64,000 nucleotides of DNA from a bacterium. GTDB lineage: Bacteria; Patescibacteriota; Minisyncoccia; Portnoybacterales; GWB1-42-6. The translations under genes were made by a program, and so were the position numbers. Positions 57,299-64,000 of the stretch are shown piece by piece. The notes beneath the pieces are model-generated. The model was not told the origin of the DNA. It searched no databases and worked only from the letters and a program-made list of their open reading frames with translations. Position 1 is the first letter of the stretch; each line of letters begins with the position of its first letter. The DNA is taken from NCBI GenBank assembly GCA_043800535.1, contig JAZDMV010000023.1:111186-175185 (forward strand), given 5' to 3'.

Positions 57299-58084
57299 TT
57301 ATTTCATTAAGTCCCTAATCTGCGAAACCACGACTATTTTGCCTTGTCCGCTTGCATCAACCAGATTCATTCCAATTATTTCACTCTTTACACTAAATAT
57401 CGGGCTGCCGTTGCTATCCTTACCTAAAAAATCAATTGCCAAAGCCGGCGAAGTTTGCTTGGCCAGGCTCAAGTCAGTAAATTTTGAAACTTGATTCTGG
57501 CCATTTGCCAGAACCGTATTTTTCGCTCCGACAAGAAACAACCGCTCACCTAATTTTACATTCTGCTCCAAAAACGGCAGGACCGGCAGATTATTTTCAT
57601 TTATTTTGAGCAAGGCCAGGCCAGAATTTTTGTCGCGTTTTCTGATTTCAGCAGTCGCTTCTTTTCCGCCAAAAGACACCGCTATTTTCTGCGCAGTTTC
57701 CGGAACTAAATTATCCGCTGTCACAACCAGGCCGTCGCTTGAAACAATAAATCCTGAGCCCTGCGCCAGAATTTCCGCTTTTGCCAACGCCACCTTCTTT
57801 CCCCCAACAATTTTTTCTGTTTTTTGCGCCGTTACCATAACCACTATGTTCTGCGCTTTATCTATTGCCTGTTCAAACGCCTCGTTTTCAGTCACCACTA
57901 TCCTCTCCGTTTTGTTGATGATAGTTACGCCTTCGCGGATTTCTCGCAGCCAGGCAATTTTATTAAAAATCGGAATGCCGCCCAACCACGGCAAGAAAAC
58001 CTGACAGCCGATAACCCCAGCCATTCCGCCCACAACAAAAATCACCGCCAATTCAGACAATCTGTTTTTTGCCTTATTTTCCAT
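57299..58084 (-). CDS. Membrane-anchored trypsin-like (HtrA/S1C-like) peptidase-domain protein, possibly catalytically inactive
   Basis: An N-terminal TM helix. GSGFIVSSDGLVVTADNLV aligns to the HtrA His region, but N replaces the catalytic His. The Ser region is altered to KDSNGSPI. No PDZ domain. Confidence 0.45.
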   Translation of the reverse strand: MENKAKNRLSELAVIFVVGGMAGVIGCQVFLPWLGGIPIFNKIAWLREIREGVTIINKTERIVVTENEAFEQAIDKAQNIVVMVTAQKTEKIVGGKKVALAKAEILAQGSGFIVSSDGLVVTADNLVPETAQKIAVSFGGKEATAEIRKRDKNSGLALLKINENNLPVLPFLEQNVKLGERLFLVGAKNTVLANGQNQVSKFTDLSLAKQTSPALAIDFLGKDSNGSPIFSVKSEIIGMNLVDASGQGKIVVVSQIRDLMK

Positions 58085-60720
58085 TAAATTGTCTTGGAGG
58101 TGACCTTTTCCGCTTCTTTAATCGTTACCTCTCCTGAAACTTCGTCAAAAGTGATTGTGTCCCCCTCTTTTATTTTTCCGTCAATAATATCGCGCGCGAT
58201 TCTGTCCAGGATCACCTGCTGGATAACACGTTTTAGCGGCCGCGCCCCGTAATTTGGGTCGTAGCCATTCTGGGCCAGCAGCTTTTTGGCTTCTTTGGTC
58301 ACTCTAATTTTGATTTTTTTGGCAGCCAGCCGTTTCTGCACTTCTTCAATCTGCAGGTCAACAATTTTTGCCAGGTCTTCGGGCGTCAAAGAATCAAAAA
58401 CGACAATCTCGTCAACGCGATTGAGAAACTCCGGCTTGAACTGCTGCCGCAACGCTTCAAGAACCTTATTTTTCATCTGCTGGGCTTCGCGTTCCATCCG
58501 TTCTGCCGCAAAACCAAGAACGTATTGCTTAACAATTTCGTTGCCAACGTTTGAAGTCATGATTATAATCGCATTTTTGAAATTCACGTGCCTGCCTTTT
58601 GCATCAGTCAAGCGACCATCGTCCAAAATTTGCAGAAGTATGTTAAAAATTTCCGGATGCGCTTTTTCAATTTCGTCAAACAAAACAACACTGTATGGCC
58701 GGCGCCTGATTGATTCAGTCAATTGGCCGCCTTCCTCAAACCCAATGTAGCCCGGAGGAGAACCGATCATGCGCGCGACCGTGTGCTTTTCCATATATTC
58801 TGACATGTCCAACCGCACCAGCGCGTTTTCATCATTAAACATAAATTCGGCGAGCGCCTTGGCCAATTCTGTTTTGCCAACACCCGTCGGCCCCAAAAAT
58901 ATGAACGAGCCGATCGGTTTTTTCTCTTCCGAAATTCCCGCCCGCGCCCGCCTGACGGCATTTGCCACCGCCTTGATTGCCGCTTCCTGGTCAATAATCC
59001 GCTTATGCAATTCTTCCTCCATGCGCGAAAGCTTTGTCATCTCGCCTTCAAGCATTTTTTGCACCGGAATACCCGTCCATCGCGAGACAACCCGCGCCAC
59101 ATCCTGCTCGCCGATCTCTTCCTTGAGCAACGGGTTGCCCCGTTGCACCTCAACAAGTTTTTTTTGCAGCACCTTAATTTCCTTATCCATGCCCGGAATT
59201 TTGCCGTATCTTATTTCCGCCACCTTCTGCAGGTTTGCCTGGCGTTCGGCAATCTCCGCCTCCTGTTTCAAAACATCTATCTGTTTTTTTGTTTCCCGGA
59301 TTTTGGCGATAATATCATGCTCTGCCCGCCATCTAAGCTCCATGCCGTGACTTTTTTCTTTAAGCTCGCCTAGCGCCTTGTTCACTTTTCTCAACTGCTG
59401 CTGAGCATCTTTTGTCTTTTCTTTTTTAAGCGCCTGCGCTTCAATTTCAAGTTTCATGATCTGACGCTTGGCCTGGTCCAGATCAGAAGGCATGCTATCG
59501 ATTTCCATCCGCAGCGCCGAGGCGGCTTCATCTATCAGGTCAACCGCTTTATCCGGCAGAAACCTATCTGAAATATAACGGGCCGAGAGCGTGGCCGCCG
59601 CGATGAGCGCCGCGTCAGTTATGCGCACGCCGTGATGGACTTCATATTTTTCTTTGATGCCGCGCAAAATGGCGATTGTATCTTCAATTGACGGCTCCGA
59701 AACAAACACTGGCTGGAATCGCCGCGCCAGAGCCGGGTCTTTTTCAATATATTTCTGGTATTCTTTCAGGGTTGTCGCGCCGATGGCATGCAATTCGCCT
59801 CTGGCCAAAGCCGGTTTCAACAAATTAGACGCGTCAATCGCGCCCTCGGCCGCACCCGCGCCGACCAAGGTGTGCAACTCGTCAATGAATAACATAAATT
59901 TTCCTGCCGAGCGCTCAATTTCTTTCAGCACCGCCTTAATCCTATCTTCGAATTCGCCGCGGAATTTTGTGCCCGCAACAAGACCACCCAAATCAAGACC
60001 GATAAGTTCTTTATCTTTTAAGCTTTCAGGCACGTCGCCCGCCACAATCCGCTGGGCCAAGCCCTCAACGATCGCTGTTTTTCCTACGCCCGCTTCACCG
60101 ATCAGAACCGGGTTATTTTTTGTCCGCCGGCTCAATACCTGCATCACCCGCCTTATTTCTTCATCGCGGCCGATAACCGGGTCCAGCTTTTCTTTGCGCG
60201 CCAGATCCGTTAAGTTCCGCGTGTATTTTTCCAAAACCTGATATTTGCTTTCCGGCTCCATGTCTGTGACGTGCTGGCCGCCCCTGACTTCTTCAACCAC
60301 ATTAAGAATTTTTTGCTTGTCCACACCAAATAGTCCCAAGATTTCTTTGATTTTGACTGAGCTTTCAAAAATTGCCAGAAGCAGATGTTCGCAGCTAATA
60401 AATTCATCTTTCAGATTCTGCGCTTCTTTGCTGGCCTGGTTAATAAGGCGACCGAGCTCCGGGCTCAAAAAAACCTGACCAAATGGTACTTCGCCGGAAA
60501 CCTTTGGCAGGCGTGCCAGTTCTTTTTCGATTTCACCTTCAAGCAAAGCCAGGTTGACACCTAACCGCTGCAGAATCGCCACCACTATGCTTTCTCCCTG
60601 CCAAATCAAAGCCAACGCCAGATGTGCCACGTCAATCTGCTGCTGGCCGCGCTCGCTCGCCAGATTATGCGCGTCTCTTAGCGCCTCCTGGGCTTTTATT
60701 GTAAATTTGTCTATCTGCAT
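58084..60720 (-). CDS. clpB: ATP-dependent chaperone ClpB
   Basis: Clp N domain. Two AAA+ modules with Walker A GEAGVGKT and GPTGVGKT. A long coiled-coil M-domain sits between them. 878 aa. Confidence 0.9.
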   Translation of the reverse strand: MQIDKFTIKAQEALRDAHNLASERGQQQIDVAHLALALIWQGESIVVAILQRLGVNLALLEGEIEKELARLPKVSGEVPFGQVFLSPELGRLINQASKEAQNLKDEFISCEHLLLAIFESSVKIKEILGLFGVDKQKILNVVEEVRGGQHVTDMEPESKYQVLEKYTRNLTDLARKEKLDPVIGRDEEIRRVMQVLSRRTKNNPVLIGEAGVGKTAIVEGLAQRIVAGDVPESLKDKELIGLDLGGLVAGTKFRGEFEDRIKAVLKEIERSAGKFMLFIDELHTLVGAGAAEGAIDASNLLKPALARGELHAIGATTLKEYQKYIEKDPALARRFQPVFVSEPSIEDTIAILRGIKEKYEVHHGVRITDAALIAAATLSARYISDRFLPDKAVDLIDEAASALRMEIDSMPSDLDQAKRQIMKLEIEAQALKKEKTKDAQQQLRKVNKALGELKEKSHGMELRWRAEHDIIAKIRETKKQIDVLKQEAEIAERQANLQKVAEIRYGKIPGMDKEIKVLQKKLVEVQRGNPLLKEEIGEQDVARVVSRWTGIPVQKMLEGEMTKLSRMEEELHKRIIDQEAAIKAVANAVRRARAGISEEKKPIGSFIFLGPTGVGKTELAKALAEFMFNDENALVRLDMSEYMEKHTVARMIGSPPGYIGFEEGGQLTESIRRRPYSVVLFDEIEKAHPEIFNILLQILDDGRLTDAKGRHVNFKNAIIIMTSNVGNEIVKQYVLGFAAERMEREAQQMKNKVLEALRQQFKPEFLNRVDEIVVFDSLTPEDLAKIVDLQIEEVQKRLAAKKIKIRVTKEAKKLLAQNGYDPNYGARPLKRVIQQVILDRIARDIIDGKIKEGDTITFDEVSGEVTIKEAEKVTSKTI

Positions 60721-60749
60721 ACTCTTAAAAATTTATACTTTTACAAAAA

Positions 60750-61115
60750 CTATTTTTTTGACCGATAATCTTCAATCGCTTTTTTCAACGCTTCGGCCGC
60801 CATGTTTGAACAGTGTATTTTTATCGGCGGCAGGCCGCCAAGCTCTTTGGCCACGTCATCACGTGTCAGTCTCTCCGCCTCTTCAATTGTTTTGCCTTTC
60901 GCCATTTCCGTTATCATTGAAGAAGTAGCGATAGCGGCCGCGCAACCAAACGACTCAAACTTAATATCCGCTATCACGTCATTTTTTATCTTTATATAAA
61001 GTGTCATCTGGTCGCCACACATAATATTGCCGACTGTTCCCACACCATCGGCATTCTCCATCCCACCCATATTTTTTGGGTGCAAAAATTGTTCAATGAC
61101 CTCTTTGGAATACAT
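60750..61115 (-). CDS. iscU: Fe-S cluster assembly scaffold, IscU/NifU N-terminal domain family
   Basis: NIMCGDQMTLYIKI. FESFGCAAAIATSS. IHCSNMAAEAL carries the three conserved Cys. 121 aa. Confidence 0.8.
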   Translation of the reverse strand: MYSKEVIEQFLHPKNMGGMENADGVGTVGNIMCGDQMTLYIKIKNDVIADIKFESFGCAAAIATSSMITEMAKGKTIEEAERLTRDDVAKELGGLPPIKIHCSNMAAEALKKAIEDYRSKK

Positions 61116-61158
61116 CTGATTGAATTATGGCAAATAAAGATCAAAGTTGCAGTAAATT

Positions 61159-62391
61159 TTAGCAGCCAAAGTCATCGGGCAGCTTCTTTTTGGCGTTTTG
61201 TCCGCTGCCGCTGATCTGGCGCAAACGTTCAACTACCTTTGGCAAAACTTCCAGAAATTTCTCAACCTCCTCTTCGGTTGTGTATTTTCCTAACGTAACC
61301 CTAATGCTTGTGTGCGAGTCCTCCGGCGCAAGGCCCAGGGCGGTTAAAACATGTGAGGGCTGAAGATTTTCAGAAGCGCAGGCCGAGCCCGTTGAGACAG
61401 CAATACCTTCCAAGTCCAAAGCCATCATTATCGCCTCACCCTCTGCCCCGCGTAAACTAAAATTACAGTTATTGACAAGCCGTTTGTCGGCCGAGCCATT
61501 AACTTTAGAATCTGGAACATTTTCTAAAACGCCTTCTATCATTTTGTCACGTAATTTTTTGACCCGTTCTGCTGTTTCTTGGCTAACCATAGAAATTGCC
61601 TTGCCCAGCCCGACAATTCCTGGAATATTATAGGTTCCGGCCCGCAGATCAAATTCATGCGCTCCGCCTTCCTGGATTTTTTTTATCGGTGTCCCTTTTC
61701 TTATAAATAACGCACCCACTCCCTTTGGCCCGTAAAACTTATGGCCTGACATAGAAAGCATATCAACACCAAGCTCGTCAACTTTGCAGCCTAGATAATT
61801 TATCGCCTGGACAGCGTCGGTGTGAAAATATATCTTGCTTTCAGGCGAGCGACTGTGGTTCGTCTTTTCTACAAGCTGACCACTTTCGGCAATCGGCTGG
61901 ACCGTCCCGATCTCGTTATTGGCATACATTATGGAAACAAGAACGGTATTCTCTTTTATTGCTTTCTGGACCGCTTCAATTTCAACCAGGCCTTCTCTAT
62001 TGACCGGCAAAAATGTCACCTCTGCCAGACCGTCTTGCTCCAAGCTTTTGCACGTATCCATCACGCAATGATGTTCTATCTGTGAAGTAATTATATGCGG
62101 TTTATTGTTAAGTTTCCTGCTTACTGCCTTAATAACGCCCTTGATCCCTAAGTTGTTACTTTCCGTCGCCCCGCTGTTAAAAATGACTTCCTGGGGCTGG
62201 CAACCCAAAAATTCCGCCACCTGAGAACGCGCGTTATCAAGCGCGGCCCTCGCCTCCTGGCCAAATTGATGGGCCGAAGAAGCATTGCCAAATTTTTCGC
62301 AAAAATACGGCTTCATCGTCAAAAAAACCTCCTCGTCAACCGGGGTTGTCGCAGCGTAATCAAAATAGATCCTGGCTCTTTCTCTTCCCAT
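61159..62391 (-). CDS. iscS: Cysteine desulfurase (NifS/IscS family)
   Basis: IYFDYAATTP. SMSGHKFYGPKGVGALFIRKG is the PLP-Lys motif. 410 aa. Confidence 0.9.
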   Translation of the reverse strand: MGRERARIYFDYAATTPVDEEVFLTMKPYFCEKFGNASSAHQFGQEARAALDNARSQVAEFLGCQPQEVIFNSGATESNNLGIKGVIKAVSRKLNNKPHIITSQIEHHCVMDTCKSLEQDGLAEVTFLPVNREGLVEIEAVQKAIKENTVLVSIMYANNEIGTVQPIAESGQLVEKTNHSRSPESKIYFHTDAVQAINYLGCKVDELGVDMLSMSGHKFYGPKGVGALFIRKGTPIKKIQEGGAHEFDLRAGTYNIPGIVGLGKAISMVSQETAERVKKLRDKMIEGVLENVPDSKVNGSADKRLVNNCNFSLRGAEGEAIMMALDLEGIAVSTGSACASENLQPSHVLTALGLAPEDSHTSIRVTLGKYTTEEEVEKFLEVLPKVVERLRQISGSGQNAKKKLPDDFGC

Positions 62392-62589
62392 AAATTTATG
62401 TATAATTTTGCTCCTTACGCAATAATTTTAGCAGAAAACATTACCGCAGTCAATTAGCGAATTACGGCAAAAAATAAGACCCCGCCTAAAAAGACAGGGC
62501 CAAAACTTGATTATGCCGATGATTGAGGCCGGACGCGATAAATAGTGAAGTGTGCCTTTGATATTTCCGGTTCACATTTGTCGCAGCCC

Positions 62590-62784
62590 TTAGTTGCGAT
62601 TGAAGCGCCGATTTTCAATCTTTTTGTGAAAGGTGGCTTCAATCAACTCCTGATCCTGATTGGTTATATCCATTTTTGCCCCGCATGCAGTACAAGTCAC
62701 AATAATCTTCAACGGGTCCCCGCACTCTCCGCAAATGCCATCTTCCTCTGCCACAACGCCACAAATCACGCATTTACCGCCCAT
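62590..62784 (-). CDS. Small zinc-ribbon protein
   Basis: Four CxxC pairs: CVICG...CGEC...CTAC. 64 aa. Confidence 0.4.
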   Translation of the reverse strand: MGGKCVICGVVAEEDGICGECGDPLKIIVTCTACGAKMDITNQDQELIEATFHKKIENRRFNRN

Positions 62785-62811
62785 ATGGCCTCCTTTTTGA
62801 TAGGAACTTTG

Positions 62812-63429
62812 CTATTTTTGAAGTTGTTTTCCTTTTTCTGTCTTTGCCTGCAAGACCTCAAAAAACTGTTTGGCGTAATTGTCCGCCACCTCCACTATCC
62901 GTTTATCAAAACTTTCATCGCTTGGGTCTGGCACGTCATTTCCCACAACCACATCAACGCTCGGCCTCTTTATTTTCTCTTCTTTCTCCGTGATGTCAAA
63001 CACAATTGTATTCTCCTTGCCGTTTTTGTCTGCATAACTGATGAAAAAATCAGCTCCATGATAGAAATCAGCCGGGCTGATCTTTGCCTCTCCTTCTCCT
63101 CCGACGCCCGTATAAATCTTTATCCTCTCCATTTCTTCATCACTCTCCAGCCCAAGCTTTTCAGCGCAGGCAATTCTTAACTCCCTGGCAAACGGCCTCT
63201 TTGGGTTTGTCGGGTCGTCTGACTGAAACTCTTTTGCCAGCTACAGGGCCTCGCCAAAAGGCAAATAGAACGGTTTTCCTTCTTCAAATTTAAAACCTCT
63301 TTTTTCAGCCCCCTTCCTCAATTCAGCCAGCCTGGCAAAGTATTTCGGGTCCTCAAAATTAATCTCGCCTACCAGATCAAATTCATATACTTTACCCGGA
63401 TATTTTTTGTCAATTCTTTCAAATCTCAT
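62812..63429 (-). pseudogene. Hypothetical gene interrupted by a single in-frame TAG (ORFs 63241-63429 and 62812-63132 share a frame)
   Basis: Translation reads ...YLPFGEAL*LAKEFQSDDPTNPKRPFARELRIACAEKLGLESDEEMERIKIY... The reading frame is open on both sides of the TAG at 63241-63243. Confidence 0.3.
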
Positions 63430-63466
63430 AATCGATATTACATTTAGTCATAAATCTAGGTAAATG

Positions 63467-64000
63467 TCAATCGGCGACATCAAACAGCAGCGCCGCGCCC
63501 AGTGCCCCGCCTAAGCGGCCAAGTTCAGAAAATAAAATTTTTGTCTCTTTGGCCGCCGGCGAAATAACGTATTTTTCAATAGATTCGCTGATTCCCGCCA
63601 ATATAAAATCTTTTGATCCAGCAATCCCTCCGCTCAAAATTATTGCCTCGGGGTCAAAAGAATTGATGATGTTGGCAATGCCAATGCCCAGATTTTTACC
63701 CAGTTCATAAAAAGTTTTTAAAGCCGCCTCGTCTCCGGACTGCGCCATTTTATGCGCTTCCATAGAACCAACCTTCAACGTTCTTTTAATAAATTTATTG
63801 GAAGCCACTTCTTCCAAATCAACGCCATTTACAATATCAACTATCGTATGACCGACTTCGCTTGAGGCGCCGTGCGCTCCCAAAATTATTTTTCCGTCAA
63901 TCATATAAGCGCCGCCGATGCCTGTACCCAGCGTCAGATAAAATACGTTTTTTAAATCCTTTGCCAGACCAGCTTCTTTTTCCGCCAGCAAAAAGCAATC
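63467..64000 (-). CDS. ROK family sugar kinase/regulator (C-terminal part; N-terminus beyond the window end)
   Basis: LTLGTGIGGAYMIDGKIILGAHGASSEVGH is the ROK signature region. The ORF is open to the window edge. Confidence 0.65.
   Translation of the reverse strand, partial: DCFLLAEKEAGLAKDLKNVFYLTLGTGIGGAYMIDGKIILGAHGASSEVGHTIVDIVNGVDLEEVASNKFIKRTLKVGSMEAHKMAQSGDEAALKTFYELGKNLGIGIANIINSFDPEAIILSGGIAGSKDFILAGISESIEKYVISPAAKETKILFSELGRLGGALGAALLFDVAD

Noticed and set aside
1-64000. CRISPR arrays, tRNA or rRNA genes
   Set aside because: No regularly spaced direct repeats were found. No TpsiC-like GGTTCGAATCC segments or cloverleaf-compatible sequences were seen in any intergenic region. The repeats found are palindromic hairpins or dispersed short elements, not arrays.

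Overview
This 64 kb window is almost entirely coded on the minus strand with tightly packed genes; 4-nt ATGA overlaps are frequent. TGA/TAA/TAG all act as stops, so the standard bacterial code applies. The gene content (DUF559, DUF5667 anti-sigma-like protein, TrpR/YerC-like protein, a huge Ser/Thr-rich surface protein, no B12 biosynthesis) suggests a small-genome Patescibacteria/CPR-like bacterium, but that is inference only. Positions 1-36521 hold one very large co-directional glycan biosynthesis and modification locus. It contains two GDP-mannose 4,6-dehydratase paralogs, two DegT-type sugar aminotransferases and an FdtA-like cupin. It also holds UDP-glucose dehydrogenase and UDP-glucuronate decarboxylase. 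It carries seven GT4 and three DPM1/ArnC-like GT2 glycosyltransferases. There are three or four ArnT/PMT-like polytopic membrane proteins of the GT-C fold, and a small ArnE/F-like SMR protein. Five class I SAM methyltransferases and six B12-binding (class B) radical SAM enzymes complete the locus. Three times a GT2 sits directly next to a B12-radical-SAM gene and is followed by polytopic membrane proteins. One such stretch (7499-15357) reads like an Arn-type lipid-linked aminosugar pathway in which the deformylase position is taken by a B12 radical SAM enzyme. Downstream lie a 1272-aa secreted protein with an N-terminal Zn-dependent phospholipase C-like domain, a TrpR/YerC-like regulator and two tandem O-antigen-ligase (Wzy_C)-TPR proteins that may be protein O-oligosaccharyltransferases. 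A DUF559 gene is bracketed by short direct repeats. A 1157-aa Thr/Ser/Gly-rich surface protein has a sigma70-like promoter, a roughly 350-nt structured leader and a strong terminator. The far end holds an ECF sigma/DUF5667 pair, galU, clpB, iscS-iscU and a ROK kinase fragment. Two families of conserved palindromic intergenic hairpins were found. No tRNA, rRNA or CRISPR array was detected.
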